From NCBI GenBank assembly GCA_963706325.1, contig CAVPLT010000004.1, forward strand, positions 288,001 through 352,000: a stretch of DNA of 64,000 nucleotides, given 5' to 3'. Below the pieces are notes generated by a model. It was not told the origin of the DNA and did no database searches. It was given only the letters and a program-made list of their open reading frames with translations. The position numbers and the translations under genes were made by a program. Position 1 is the stretch's first letter. Each line of letters starts with the position of its first letter. Shown piece by piece: positions 19,575 through 30,597 of the stretch. This stretch comes from an uncultured Nitrospiraceae bacterium (lineage in GTDB: Bacteria > Nitrospirota > Nitrospiria > Nitrospirales > Nitrospiraceae).

Positions 19575-19817
19575 ATGGATCCCCTTGAAAAAACCTCGCA
19601 CGCCTGCCGTGCCGCCGCCCTGTCCATCCTGCCGGGCATGGGCCATCTCTATATCGGGGAAAAGCGTGGTGGGCTGCTACTCCTTGCCGGAATAGCCCTC
19701 ATTGTCATCTGGCTGTATCTGTTTTCCATGGCCTCCGTAGCCTTGGTCGCGCTGGTCCTGTATTGCATGGTCGATACCTATCTCACCGTCAGCCGGGACC
19801 GTGGTCTTCTTGGCTAA
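19575..19817 (+). CDS. Small membrane protein (TM2-like)
   Basis: LSILPGMGHLYIG motif followed by two hydrophobic segments. Confidence 0.65.
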   Translation: MDPLEKTSHACRAAALSILPGMGHLYIGEKRGGLLLLAGIALIVIWLYLFSMASVALVALVLYCMVDTYLTVSRDRGLLG

Positions 19818-19857
19818 TCAAGCCCCATTCGAGCCACAATGGAGTCGGACAGTTACT

Positions 19858-20718
19858 ATGGCAGCATTGCTCCATGTTGGGCTTCACAGCGTCCTCATCG
19901 TGCTTCTGCTCTGTTGGGTGATGAGTGTGCCCGGAGAAGCGGCCAACCAGGCCTCAGGCATTCTTGCAGTGAAGGATGTATTAGCCCTGCCGAACCACCT
20001 CGCTCGAATTGAAGCTCAACTCTCCGGCAAGACGCCGGCCGGAGTGGCGACGTGGGCTGGGGTTCCGTTGCAACTATCCATCGACGGCAAGCCTGTGGGG
20101 ACCGTCAAGACCGGTGAAAGTGGGCAGGCCATCTTCGAGTACATGCCGAAGTTGCGGGGCACCTACGGAATCACCGTGTCGATCGATGGCACAGCTTCGG
20201 TCTCGGCGGAAACGACCCAAGCGACCCTGTGTGTATGGGAGCGCAGACGACCAATATTATTAGTCGAACTCGAAGCGATTATGCAGCCTAACCTTTCAGC
20301 CACGGCTGCTGGTTCCCTTACCTCGGCGGGACCGCTGGCTGAGCCACCGGCACAACCGGTTCCCGATGCGGCCGAGGAGCTGTGGCGCCTCACGCAGTAT
20401 TACTACAACGTGATCTATGTGCAGTCGTCCCCAGAAGCTGCGTCAGTCAGAGGGGTACATCGGTGGCTGGAGACCCATAAGTTTCCTGCGGGCTTTGTGA
20501 TGACGCCGCCTTCCGGAGATGTGAATGCCGCGATCGAGGCTGTTAAACAAAGTGGCTGGACGACCATGAAAACCGGTATCGGACGCACGCGCTCGTTTGC
20601 GGACACATTGCTTCATCAGAGGATGGAGGTGGTCGTGGTGCCGGAACTCCCTAAAGGCGAGTTGCCACGAAAGGCGAAGGCGGCGAAGGAATGGAAAGAG
20701 GTGAGAAAGAAATTGTGA
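19858..20718 (+). CDS. Exported Ig-like plus HAD-like (LNS2-type, degenerate) hypothetical protein
   Basis: Signal peptide, TGESGQA Ig-like segment, PVPDAAEEL...IY...WLETHKFP HAD-like segment lacking DxD. Confidence 0.5.
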   Translation: MAALLHVGLHSVLIVLLLCWVMSVPGEAANQASGILAVKDVLALPNHLARIEAQLSGKTPAGVATWAGVPLQLSIDGKPVGTVKTGESGQAIFEYMPKLRGTYGITVSIDGTASVSAETTQATLCVWERRRPILLVELEAIMQPNLSATAAGSLTSAGPLAEPPAQPVPDAAEELWRLTQYYYNVIYVQSSPEAASVRGVHRWLETHKFPAGFVMTPPSGDVNAAIEAVKQSGWTTMKTGIGRTRSFADTLLHQRMEVVVVPELPKGELPRKAKAAKEWKEVRKKL

Positions 20719-20923
20719 GCGCGACGGAGTTTCCTTTCTTGCCGAGCAACGCGCGGCTTCAGAAAGCCCTCGTTGGAGGCGCGCAGTTGAAAGGAAAGCT
20801 CCATGCGCTCACCGAGGATGATAAAGTAGGGGAGGAATCGTCTTAGTGCTCGGGGACAGGGTGCTCGCAGAACGTGCAGGTTCGTTCGATGCCCAGTTCA
20901 TGGCTCCCCGGACATACCTTCCC
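20715..20923. other. Two adjacent long imperfect hairpins in intergenic region
   Basis: GTGAGCGC/GCGCTCAC and GGAGTTTCCTTTC/GAAAGGAAAGCTCC pair (20715-20812); GGGGA/TCCCC and GAACG/CGTTC pair (20829-20923). Confidence 0.5.
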
Positions 20924-21087
20924 GCTTTCGAAGGTTAAGGAGAAACCTGGTGGTCACTGTGATCGGCGGTGATTGATAAAAAGGTGTTACTGAGCAATTC
21001 GTGACCGAGTACGATTCACTCCCGGATCGAATCATGGTATGTTCAGCCCCGACAGAGCGTGATCTCATTGAAGGAGTAAGAGCCGGT

Positions 21088-21867
21088 ATGTTGTTAGAAG
21101 GAAAGAAGGGACTGATCATCGGTGTGGCCAACAAGCATAGCATCGCCTGGGCGATCGCGCAGTCTGCGGCGCGTGAAGGCGCGCAGATGCTCTTCAGCTA
21201 TCAGAGCGAACGCTTGCGCGAAAACGTCGAGGAATTAGTTCAGACCTTGCCTGGCTCATCGTCCTGCGTGTGTGATGTCGGAGATGACAGCCAGATCGAC
21301 GCGATGATGAAACAAGCAGGACAGAAATTAGGACGGTTGGATTTTCTCGTGCACTCCCTGGCCTTTGCTCCGCGAGAAGAACTCACGGGAGAGTTTGTGA
21401 ATACGACTCGCCAGGGTTTTGCGACGGCCCTTGATGTCAGCGCCTATTCTCTTGTTGCGGTCACACGAGCAGCTGTGCCGTTGATGACGGAGGGTGGATC
21501 CGTGGTCACCCTGACCTATCTTGGAAGCGAACGAGTCGTCCCACACTACAATGTCATGGGGGTAGCCAAGGCAGCGCTTGAGGCGACGGTGCGTTATCTA
21601 GCCCACGATCTGGGGCCTAAGAATATTCGCGTGAACGCTGTGTCTGCCGGACCGATCAAGACCTTGGCCGCCCGGGGTGTCTCCGGGATCAGCAAAATGG
21701 TCGACCACCATCGCCTGTTCGCTCCGCTCCGGCGGGCGACGGAGCAAGGCGAGGTCGGCGACACGGCTATGTTCCTGGTGAGCCCACTGGGCCGTGGTAT
21801 CACCGGAGAGGTGATCTACGTCGATGGGGGATACCATATTCTCGGATCGCTGGCGTCCGTCGATTAG
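21088..21867 (+). CDS. fabI: Enoyl-ACP reductase
   Basis: GVANKHSIAW, YNVMGVAKAALE, AGPIKTLAA. Confidence 0.95.
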   Translation: MLLEGKKGLIIGVANKHSIAWAIAQSAAREGAQMLFSYQSERLRENVEELVQTLPGSSSCVCDVGDDSQIDAMMKQAGQKLGRLDFLVHSLAFAPREELTGEFVNTTRQGFATALDVSAYSLVAVTRAAVPLMTEGGSVVTLTYLGSERVVPHYNVMGVAKAALEATVRYLAHDLGPKNIRVNAVSAGPIKTLAARGVSGISKMVDHHRLFAPLRRATEQGEVGDTAMFLVSPLGRGITGEVIYVDGGYHILGSLASVD

Positions 21868-22843
21868 GAACCTGGCGCCGCCGTTCACACGACCTCTCCC
21901 GATCCACTACCCTCATTGGTTTCACGGCCTGTCTTGGTACGGGCGGCTGCTTCTTTTCCCGTCACGCCGCTTCATTCTGCTCTTAACGGGTATGTTACTC
22001 TGGGCGCTTCCGGCTACCCCGGAGGTTTCTGTCGAACGTTTCGACCGGGAAGAGGAGGGCTTGACAGGACCTGTTCTCTCGGTTGAAACCAGGGAAAGTT
22101 TGCTGGTGCAGATTGATTGGTTTGATCCACAGGGACGCCTGATTGAGCGCCTTCAGCATGGCATGGAAACCTCGCAAGGACTGTGGCCGTTACGTTTTGT
22201 ATATAGCTACGACCAGGCGGGCAGACGGACGGCTGAAATAGTGCATGACGCGCGTGGTGAACTCGTGAAAGAAACGCGCTTCGCCCATGATGAGTATGGC
22301 CATCGATCGGCCGAGGTTGCCACATGGAGTGATGGTACGTTTGAAAACGCGTCGCTCTACGAGTATGACGAGGCGCATCGCCTGATACGAGGGCTTCACT
22401 ACAACGCGCAGCAAGTCATTAATCGAAACCTCTATACCTTCGACGGCGCCGGGCGCTTGGTCCGGGAGCGCTTTGAGCGCAACTACGGATACGATGCCCG
22501 CGGGCGCCAGGTGATGAGGTCCGATCGATTCAATATGGGATACGAGGTGGTCCTGCGGTACGACGATCAGGGCCGAATTCGTGAAAAGGCCGTGTTTGAT
22601 TTTGCGGGACTTGCGCAGGGCCGTTCGGAGTTTCAATACGATGAGCACGGCAGTCAAGATGAGGAGCGCATCTTCAATGCCGAGGGACGCGCCACAGACC
22701 GCAAAGGCTATCGATATGAATACGATGACATGGGAAACTGGATTCTCGAAGCGCTCCAATGGTGGGCGGTACGAGACGGTCGCGAGACTCTCAAGCAGTT
22801 TCATATTCGCGAGCGTAGCTTCACCTATCATCCGTTGCCCTGA
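21824..22843 (+). CDS. Exported YD-repeat-like protein (start uncertain)
   Basis: Repeated YDxxG motifs, hydrophobic N-terminal segment. Confidence 0.65.
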   Translation: MGDTIFSDRWRPSIRNLAPPFTRPLPIHYPHWFHGLSWYGRLLLFPSRRFILLLTGMLLWALPATPEVSVERFDREEEGLTGPVLSVETRESLLVQIDWFDPQGRLIERLQHGMETSQGLWPLRFVYSYDQAGRRTAEIVHDARGELVKETRFAHDEYGHRSAEVATWSDGTFENASLYEYDEAHRLIRGLHYNAQQVINRNLYTFDGAGRLVRERFERNYGYDARGRQVMRSDRFNMGYEVVLRYDDQGRIREKAVFDFAGLAQGRSEFQYDEHGSQDEERIFNAEGRATDRKGYRYEYDDMGNWILEALQWWAVRDGRETLKQFHIRERSFTYHPLP

Positions 22844-23163
22844 GGCTGAATCCTCGTCTGCTTCTTCTGCTACATGGGACTGACGTGGGTCTCATTCTGT
22901 CCTTCATCGCGGTGAGCCTCCTGAACCCTTGACCTCTTGCATTCATCGAGTGGTTCCGCTCCCTTCGGTGGCGCCGCCACCCCCCGCCCATGGTCCTTGT
23001 CGTTCACCTCCCAGGGACGACCCTCCTCTTGCATTAGAATCGCTACTCCAGTACTGGTAGACTGATTTTATTGCGGCTGCGTTTTTTACGTGCTGGGCTT
23101 CAGGCTGCCACACACCGCGCGTGTGCGCATGCTCGTGCATGCATGATAGAGAGCAGGAAGGCC

Positions 23164-24702
23164 ATGTCGGATTGTCATCTTGGACGGATTCGGGCGGAAT
23201 GGCTTGTCGCCTTCATCGTGGGGGCTTGGTTCATGTCCGGCGTCAATGTGGCGAATGGCTCCGTATCTGAAAATGTCCAGAAAGATTCAGCGATACATAG
23301 ACCCGAGGTCCCCGGAACATTTCGAGACCCCGCGTCTCACTCCATGCAAGGTCATGCAGCGACCGCATCCACATCCGAAGGATCTGACTCTTCATTTACC
23401 TGGGAGGTGCGACCCTCCCGGAGCTATCTGATCCCAGCGCTCGAGATTCCCGTTTATCCGTTGCTCCTAAGTCAGTACGACCGGCATTTCACTGCGCCGA
23501 AGGATGACTATCGCACGACCGCCAATACATTCTGGACTCATGTGACTGATTCGAAGTGGGTTCACGACAATGACCAGTTTTCCGTGAATCAGTTTCTGCA
23601 TCCCTATGGTGGAACGGTCTACTTTGGGTTGGCTCGATCGGCGGCCCCCAATTTCTGGGAGTCATGGCTCTATACCGAAGCCGGGAGTCTGCTGTGGGAA
23701 CTTGGTGGAGAGAAAACGTGCCATTCTATCAATGATCAGATTACGACCACCTTCGGGGGCACGTTCCTCGGTGAGCCGCTCTTCAGGCCAACCTGTTATT
23801 GGAGAGTGATGACGAGGGCAAGCCAGGCTTCTTGCGGGAACTCGCCGCGGGAATCATCTCACCGCCGACCGCATTCAACCGCCTCGTCTTCGGCAATCGG
23901 TTTGACGAAGTGTATCCCAGTCACACACCGGCCACCTTTATGCGTCTCCAGGTCGGCGGCACCCTGACTGCGAGCAGCAATAACGTATTATCGACCGTCA
24001 AAGAATGTGGGGCCATTTGGGATTTCACGTTTACCTATGGGCTTCGGGGATAGCCCGGCTATACGTACGCCAGACGCTTTGACTATTTTGACTTCCATCT
24101 CACCGCCGTGACGGCAAGCATCTTAGAGACCATCAATACCCGCGGTTTATTGATTGGATCGACGTATGCACCAAATGATTCCACGCGCGGAATCTGGGGA
24201 CTGTACGGAAGCTACGATTACATTTCGCCTCAAGTTTTTCGTGTATCCAGCACCCGCGCTGTCACTCGGGACCACCTGGCAAACATGGCTGTCGCAGGAC
24301 GTGGCGCTTCAGGGCGCCGCCCTCGGGGGGCCGGCTATGGGGCAGCCGGCAGCATTCAAGCGTACGGGCGATCGAGACTATCACTATGGCGCCAATCCGC
24401 AGGCGCTTCTCGCGCTCCGGCTCATTCTTGGCGATCGAGCCATGTTCGATGTTACCGGGCGCGAGTATTATGTCACCGGGATACTCTCCCCGGAGCCACA
24501 AGGGAGCGAAAATATCGTGCGCGCAGATGCCTCGTTCACGGTCAGGCTCTTCGATCGTCATGGCCTTGCGATTCGATACGCGATGTCACATCGCGATGCG
24601 AGTTATCCCAACGTCGAGTATCGCAATCAGACCGTCGGGACGGCCAGCCTCATGTATGTATTGCTGGGAAAGAGCGGATTCGATGCGGTCGACTGGCGCT
24701 AA
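23164..24702 (+). pseudogene. DUF3943-type outer membrane protein pseudogene
   Basis: NQFLHPYGG...GSLLWE...SINDQITT motifs; frameshift near 23790, in-frame TAG at 24051-24053, further frame switches near 24255, 24330 and 24360. Confidence 0.7.
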
Positions 24703-24731
24703 CGGTGGGTTCTCGTCCGGACTTTAAGTGG

Positions 24732-25622
24732 TCATCCTTCCAAAGGTGAACAATGGAACTGTATGGCTCCTCGAAAACGTCCCACCAAGCGCCCTACTCG
24801 CCATGCGAGCAGCACTCGATTTTCCCGGTCCGTGAGCAGGCTGGGAGAGCGTTTCAGCACGGCAAGCCACGTCTGCCCGTAGGCCCGCCAGCGCCACCAT
24901 TCCGGCTGCTGAGGCGGCGCTGCTTTTTTCGCCACCAACACTTCCCACTGCGACCAGTTCCGAGACTGTACATAAATGCCTCGCAGAGTGGCGCGTAATC
25001 GAATGTGCACCGTGCCCTCGGCAACGTACTGCAGGCGCACACCCGCCTGGTGGAGCCGCCAACAGTATTCCGTATCGAATAAATAAGGGATCGTCTCGTC
25101 GAATCCGCCGATAGCGTTATGGATCTGGCGACGGATTGCGAAGTTTCCGCTGCCCGCGTGCGGGAAGTAGGGGGGATAAAAACTGGTTTGCAGGCACATT
25201 TGCTGAGGATGGTGACCGAAAGTGGCCTGTAGCCAGTCGGGATTGAGTTTTTGCGTATCGATCCGGCCGGCCACTGCGTCTTGTTTCAGCAGCGCTTCTC
25301 CCATTGCCTCCACCCAGCCTGGCGCTGTCGCGTCGTCCGCATCGCAAATGGCGATCGCATCGGAACGGGCATTGGCGATACCCACGTTGAGCGCGTAGGC
25401 TTGCGACTTGCGCGCCGACGCCGGGACCATTCGGATATAAGGGAATTGACGAGTGTAATCCCGCACAATGTGCGTCAATTGGTCGGTCGAGCAATTGTCC
25501 ACCAGGACAATTTCCCATGGATGCCTCCATTGCTGGCCCACCAGTGACTCCAGTTGTCCGCGGATAACCGACGCCGCATTATGACAAGGAATCACGACGC
25601 TGAGTTTGATGTTGGAGGACAT
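24732..25622 (-). CDS. Glycosyltransferase family 2
   Basis: SVVIPCHN, VDNCSTD, CDADD, IGGFDE. Confidence 0.9.
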   Translation of the reverse strand: MSSNIKLSVVIPCHNAASVIRGQLESLVGQQWRHPWEIVLVDNCSTDQLTHIVRDYTRQFPYIRMVPASARKSQAYALNVGIANARSDAIAICDADDATAPGWVEAMGEALLKQDAVAGRIDTQKLNPDWLQATFGHHPQQMCLQTSFYPPYFPHAGSGNFAIRRQIHNAIGGFDETIPYLFDTEYCWRLHQAGVRLQYVAEGTVHIRLRATLRGIYVQSRNWSQWEVLVAKKAAPPQQPEWWRWRAYGQTWLAVLKRSPSLLTDRENRVLLAWRVGRLVGRFRGAIQFHCSPLEG

Positions 25623-26222
25623 GATCCTGGGTGTCTTTCCTCTCCATTCGGTAAGGCCTGCCGGTCACAGAGACTGTGTCACATGTCGGAAAGATAAGAC
25701 CGTATGGCACCGACGCCCTAAGTCCGTTCTGCCACACTCGATGCGAATGCGCTTGGACAGATGAGTGGGCGCATGCACAAGCCGCCCAGCGCTATGTCGC
25801 AGGCTTGTGCATGCGCGACGTTCGCTGTAGCCTGACGAGACGCCGTTCAGACAGGTGACCCGGACATCAGAGTGTTCCGTCGCTGAGACGATGCCCGTTG
25901 TCGCATTCGTTTTTACTACTCTACCGGCAATAGGCCTACGGCTGGACTAGGAGTTTCCCTAGATCTGGAATTTTTGTCTCATGCGCTGCAATGATGTCGT
26001 CCACCATTCTTTCAGGAGCACAAACCATCATCGGCGGTCGCATAGCACAATAATTTTTAGGGCTCATGCGGACTAGTGTCGAGAGATGTTCACTGTTCTG
26101 TGGAGGAAATCATGGCCGCCCCAAGAGTCGGTCTTTACAGTATGCCGACAGTAATCGCTCGCGACAATCGAGGGTTCGCCGTTTGACAGCGAGCAGGTCG
26201 GAAAGAGATACGGTCTTTCACA

Positions 26223-27320
26223 TTATGGGGTCAGTGGACCAGTGATAGGCTTGCCGGTATCTGCCCCGACTGTTGAGGCCATGGCTTCTTGCGGCAGAAT
26301 GCGGAAGTGGGTCACGGCGAACGACACGGCTTGGCCTACGGTAAAGCGGCATCGACGAAACTCTTCCTTGTTCATGCGAGATCGTAGTATCTGGCCATCG
26401 GCAGTTTCAATCTCCAGCCGGTAGGCGACGCCAAGAAAATAGATGTGCCGGAGTTTGGCCTGCTGACGATAGCGGGCCGGATCTTCAGCCACCTTGAGGT
26501 AGTAGGGGCGAAATCCCACCTGCAGTTTACGGCCGTCGTCAAAGCCGGGTGCCGGAAACTCAAGAGAGCCGATCTGAACCTGCTCGCGCCGCACGACCCC
26601 TTCCACTATATTCATCGAACCGATAAATCGAGCGACGAATTCTGTGGCCGGTTCTTCGTACACATCCGCGGGAGACCCGGCCTGTTCCAACTTACCCTTG
26701 GAGAACACGATAATGCGGCCGGATACTTCCATCGCCTCCTCCTGATCGTGGGTGACGAACAGGCTGGTGACATTTAAATCAGTATGCAGGCGGATCAACC
26801 ATTCGCGGAGTTCCTGCCGCACCTTCGCATCGACGGCGCCGAAGGGCTCATCCATCAACAACACGGCGGGCCGGGGCGCCAGCGCGCGGGCAATGGCGAC
26901 GCGCTGGCGTTGTCCGCCGGACAGTTGATGCGGGTAGCGGCCGCCCAATCCTTCCAGACTCATGAGCGTGAGCAGTTCCTGGACACGCTGGTCGCTGTCC
27001 GAACGGCTCCATTTCTTGATCTTCAATCCAAACGAAATGTTGTCGAGCACCGTCAGATGTTTGAAGAGCGCGTAATGCTGAAAGACGAATCCAATATTGC
27101 GCTCCTGCACCGTCAGGTCGTTGACCCGTTTGCCGTCGATGAATATGTCGCCCGCGGTTGGGACTTCCAGCCCGGCGATCAAGCGCAGCACCGTGGTTTT
27201 TCCGCTGCCGCTCGGTCCGAGTAAGCCAAGCAGTTCTCCTTCGTGCACGACGAATGAGACGTTGCCGACCGCCGTTCCAGACCCGAATTTTTTTGTGAGC
27301 CCCCGCACTTCGATTTTCAC
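26223..27320 (-). CDS. cysA: Sulfate ABC transporter ATPase
   Basis: GPSGSGKT, FQHYALF, LSGGQRQR, TOBE tail; operon context. Confidence 0.92.
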   Translation of the reverse strand: MKIEVRGLTKKFGSGTAVGNVSFVVHEGELLGLLGPSGSGKTTVLRLIAGLEVPTAGDIFIDGKRVNDLTVQERNIGFVFQHYALFKHLTVLDNISFGLKIKKWSRSDSDQRVQELLTLMSLEGLGGRYPHQLSGGQRQRVAIARALAPRPAVLLMDEPFGAVDAKVRQELREWLIRLHTDLNVTSLFVTHDQEEAMEVSGRIIVFSKGKLEQAGSPADVYEEPATEFVARFIGSMNIVEGVVRREQVQIGSLEFPAPGFDDGRKLQVGFRPYYLKVAEDPARYRQQAKLRHIYFLGVAYRLEIETADGQILRSRMNKEEFRRCRFTVGQAVSFAVTHFRILPQEAMASTVGADTGKPITGPLTP

Positions 27321-27324
27321 CGGG

Positions 27325-28134
27325 TTACTGCGCTCCCGCTTTCGCCACGGTCGTGTCTGCTCTGGCCTTGGCGATCTCCAGCACCGTCAAGATCGCAAAC
27401 GAGACCGCCAGCAATGTCAGCGCGACGGCATTCGCCGCCACATAGTTGAAGTCGACGTAGCTTTGATAGATGTGCAAGGTAGCGGTCTGGGTCAGTGACA
27501 AGATATTGCCGGAGACGACCAGCACGGCGCCGAATTCGCCGATCGCCCGCGCCACGGTGAGCGTCGCGCCATAGACCAGCCCCCAGCGAAGCGCCGGCAG
27601 TGTGACCTTTAAAAAAACCTGCCATTCGCCGGCGCCCAACGTTCTGGCTGCTTCCTCCTCATCGGTGCCCAGCGTTTGTAACAGGGGCGTGAGTTCGCGC
27701 ACCATGAAGGGAAATGTCACAAAGAGGGTCGCAAGGATCATAGCCGGCAAGGCAAACAGTACTTTGATTTGCACATGACCGAAGAACGCGCCCAATAATG
27801 TGTCGGGCCCGAACATCAAAATCAGCATGAACCCCGCGATGACGGGAGACACGGCAAACGGCAGGTCGATCACGCCGCTGACCAGGCTACGACCCCAGAA
27901 CTGTTGGCGTGCCAGCACTAGCGCGGTCATGGTGCCGAAGATCAGATTCAGCACCAACACGATGACTGTAATTTCAGCCGTGAGAGTGAACCCATGCAGC
28001 GCTTCCGGCCGCGAGATCTCCGTCCAAAACGCGTCGATGCCCTGACTGAAACTCTGGTTGGCCAGGTAGAGAATCGGTCCGACCAGCAGAACGAGAAAAT
28101 AGAGCCAGACGATTCCGATCAGGACCCGTCGCAT
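27325..28134 (-). CDS. cysW: Sulfate ABC transporter permease
   Basis: IDLPFAVSPVIAG, EEAARTLGA, ARAIGEFGA. Confidence 0.9.
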   Translation of the reverse strand: MRRVLIGIVWLYFLVLLVGPILYLANQSFSQGIDAFWTEISRPEALHGFTLTAEITVIVLVLNLIFGTMTALVLARQQFWGRSLVSGVIDLPFAVSPVIAGFMLILMFGPDTLLGAFFGHVQIKVLFALPAMILATLFVTFPFMVRELTPLLQTLGTDEEEAARTLGAGEWQVFLKVTLPALRWGLVYGATLTVARAIGEFGAVLVVSGNILSLTQTATLHIYQSYVDFNYVAANAVALTLLAVSFAILTVLEIAKARADTTVAKAGAQ

Positions 28135-28185
28135 GCCGATGCCCCCATTACAGTCACGCCATGTGTTACTGCCGGATCCACACTG

Positions 28186-29067
28186 TCAGATCCTCGTGGT
28201 CGATGCAGTCAAACGGCCTGCACGCTCTTCCTTGGCGTGAGCCCATTGAAACCATCGCGGCAATCGCTCTCCCGGTCGGCGTGTTAATCGCTCCAGAACC
28301 AGGAGGACGACAAAAGAAATGAGTAAAATGAACACCGAAACCGACGTGGCGGCTTGCGGATTGTAGCTTTCGATCTCCCCATAGACATACACCGAGGCGA
28401 CCTGCGTCTTCATCGGAATATTGCCCGCTACGATCACGATCGAGCCGAACTCGCCGAGTGCCCGCACGAAGGTGAGGAATACCCCGGTCAGAAGGCCCGG
28501 CAAGACAGACGGAACAGTTACTTTCCAAAACGTCATCCAGGGGCTGGCGCCCAAGGTAAAGGCAGCCTCTTCCTGATCGCGGTCCAATCCCATCAGTACC
28601 GGTTGCAGGGAGCGGATCGTAAAGGGCATGGTGACGAACAGCATGGCGAGAATGATGCCGGGTTGGTTATACAGCACTGCCATGCCGCCCTGTTGCAGCC
28701 ATGTGCCCAGCAAACTAGTCGGGCCATAAATTGCCGCGATCATCAATCCTGCCACAAGCGTGGGAATGGCAAAGGGTAGGTCAACCAACGCATTCAAGAG
28801 CCAGCGTCCCGGAAATTCATACCGCACGAGGACCAGCGCCGAGACGGTGCCGAACACGGCATTGATAGCGGTGGCGATAGCGGCGGTCTCCACAGTGAGC
28901 CAGAGGGCCGCCGCGGCTTGTGGCGCCGCGAGGTCTTGGATGAATCGGTCGAGTCCAGCCGCAACCGATTGCTGAGCCAAGGCCGCAAGCGGAAGAAAAA
29001 TCAGTAGCAGCACATATCCCACCGCGGTCGATCGGAGCGCCAGGCTCAGTAACATGTGAGAGGTCAC
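28186..29067 (-). CDS. cysT: Sulfate ABC transporter permease
   Basis: VDLPFAIPTLVAG, EEAAFTLGAS, RALGEFGS, GNIPMKT. Confidence 0.9.
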   Translation of the reverse strand: MTSHMLLSLALRSTAVGYVLLLIFLPLAALAQQSVAAGLDRFIQDLAAPQAAAALWLTVETAAIATAINAVFGTVSALVLVRYEFPGRWLLNALVDLPFAIPTLVAGLMIAAIYGPTSLLGTWLQQGGMAVLYNQPGIILAMLFVTMPFTIRSLQPVLMGLDRDQEEAAFTLGASPWMTFWKVTVPSVLPGLLTGVFLTFVRALGEFGSIVIVAGNIPMKTQVASVYVYGEIESYNPQAATSVSVFILLISFVVLLVLERLTRRPGERLPRWFQWAHAKEERAGRLTASTTRI

Positions 29068-29083
29068 GCAAACACCCTGTGCG

Positions 29084-30145
29084 TTATTTTTTGGCTAGAT
29101 CTTCGACGACCTTGGTCCAGAGGCCCTGCGCGCCGAATAATCGTCTACTCACTTTGTCCCAGCCGCCGAGGTCTTCGATGGTAAAGAGCTGCGTCGGTTG
29201 GGGGAATGATGCCGAGGCGCTGGCCTGACGATCAAGGGGTCGAAACCCCAATTCGAGAAAGGCCGCTTGCGCTTCCGGGCCGTGAAGGAATGCGACGAAG
29301 GCGTCGGCGACATCTCTGACCTTGTGACGATCGGCGTACTTGTCGACGACAGCTGCGGGGTTCTCGATCCACACGGTTTCAGCCGGCACGATGATTTCGT
29401 ATGGACGCTGACTCTTCACACGGGGGAGCAATTCGTTTTCATAGGTGACGATCACATCGCCGACGCCCCGCTCGAAGGTCGTCACTGATTCCCGCCCGCT
29501 CTTATCCATGACCTTCACATTGCGTTGAATGCGGGTGAGCAAGTCCGCCGCCTGCGAGTCGGCGGCGTCCGAGGCGACAGGTTTGCCTGCCGCGCGTTGT
29601 TCGGCCAGCTTCAATCCGGCGCCATAGATGGCGATGACATCCCACATCGCGCCGCCGGAGGTCTTCGGATTTGGATAGAGTACCTCCACCCCGGGACGCG
29701 CGGTATCTTCCCAACCCTTGATCCCTTTCGGATTACCCTTGCGGACCCCGAGCGCCACGACCGAGGCGGAAATCATGCCGCCGTGCGGCGCCGTTCTCCA
29801 ATCATGGGCAATCAAACCAGCCTTGGCGATTTGATCGACGTCGCCTTCAAGGGACAACACGGCGACATCTGCGTCGAAACCCCCGATGATGGCACGGGCT
29901 TGGGCGCCGGAGGCGCCATAGGAACTGCGTATCCGCACCTCTTGGCCGGTCTTTTGTTTCCAATGCCGTTGGAAGGCGGGAATGATGTGTCGCTCGTACG
30001 CTTCCTTCGGGACGCTATAGGCCGCGAGTATGAGCTCGCGCGTGTCAGCGGCTTGAAGAGGAATAGACCACAGCGCGAGGATCGAGAACACGACCCCGAA
30101 TGTCACGCGCAGGGTCGCGATGTTATGACCGGTCATGATGGGCAT
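29084..30145 (-). CDS. sbp: Sulfate-binding periplasmic protein
   Basis: SYGASGAQAR, PNPKTSGGA, YENE motifs, signal peptide. Confidence 0.92.
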   Translation of the reverse strand: MPIMTGHNIATLRVTFGVVFSILALWSIPLQAADTRELILAAYSVPKEAYERHIIPAFQRHWKQKTGQEVRIRSSYGASGAQARAIIGGFDADVAVLSLEGDVDQIAKAGLIAHDWRTAPHGGMISASVVALGVRKGNPKGIKGWEDTARPGVEVLYPNPKTSGGAMWDVIAIYGAGLKLAEQRAAGKPVASDAADSQAADLLTRIQRNVKVMDKSGRESVTTFERGVGDVIVTYENELLPRVKSQRPYEIIVPAETVWIENPAAVVDKYADRHKVRDVADAFVAFLHGPEAQAAFLELGFRPLDRQASASASFPQPTQLFTIEDLGGWDKVSRRLFGAQGLWTKVVEDLAKK

Positions 30146-30584
30146 AGGATCCTTCCGTCTGCTTAGAAAGGGCGAAGCGACTTAAGGTGTAATGGTCAAG
30201 AATGTTGGCAATGGCATCACGCACCTCTCCCATGGCTTCTTGCAGAGGGCAGGAGGCCTTGGTGGCATAGGGACAATCCGAACATTTTTGGTAAGCCGTT
30301 TTGCTGACACAGCTGATCGGCGCCAACGGCCCGTCCAGAATGCGGATGACTTGACCGAGGGTGATTTCTTCCGGGGACTTGATGAGGGAATACCCGCCTC
30401 GAATACCACGTCGACTGGCCAGCAGGCCGGCGCGTTTCAATGCAAGTAAGATTTGTTCGAGAAACTCCACGGGGATGTTTTGACGCTCCGCGATCTCATG
30501 GCGCTGGATCACGCGTCCGCCATAGGTCGCGCACAGTTCGAGCAGCGCGCGCAGGCCATATTCACTTTTCTTGGAAAATCTCAT
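30123..30584 (-). CDS. Rrf2-family regulator (CymR/IscR-like)
   Basis: YGLRAL, FLEQIL, SRRGIRGGY, Cys cluster C-x8-C-x2-C-x7-C. Confidence 0.9.
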   Translation of the reverse strand: MRFSKKSEYGLRALLELCATYGGRVIQRHEIAERQNIPVEFLEQILLALKRAGLLASRRGIRGGYSLIKSPEEITLGQVIRILDGPLAPISCVSKTAYQKCSDCPYATKASCPLQEAMGEVRDAIANILDHYTLSRFALSKQTEGSYAHHDRS

Positions 30585-30597
30585 CTGGTAAACGGAT

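Noticed and set aside
21824..22843. Rhs toxin system
   Set aside because: Short protein with no PxxxxDPxG cleavage motif, toxin tip or immunity gene.
25623..26222. Gene or RNA in the 600-bp gap; CTAGGAGTTTCCCTAG imperfect palindrome
   Set aside because: No convincing ORF or RNA motif; the palindrome alone is too weak to assign.
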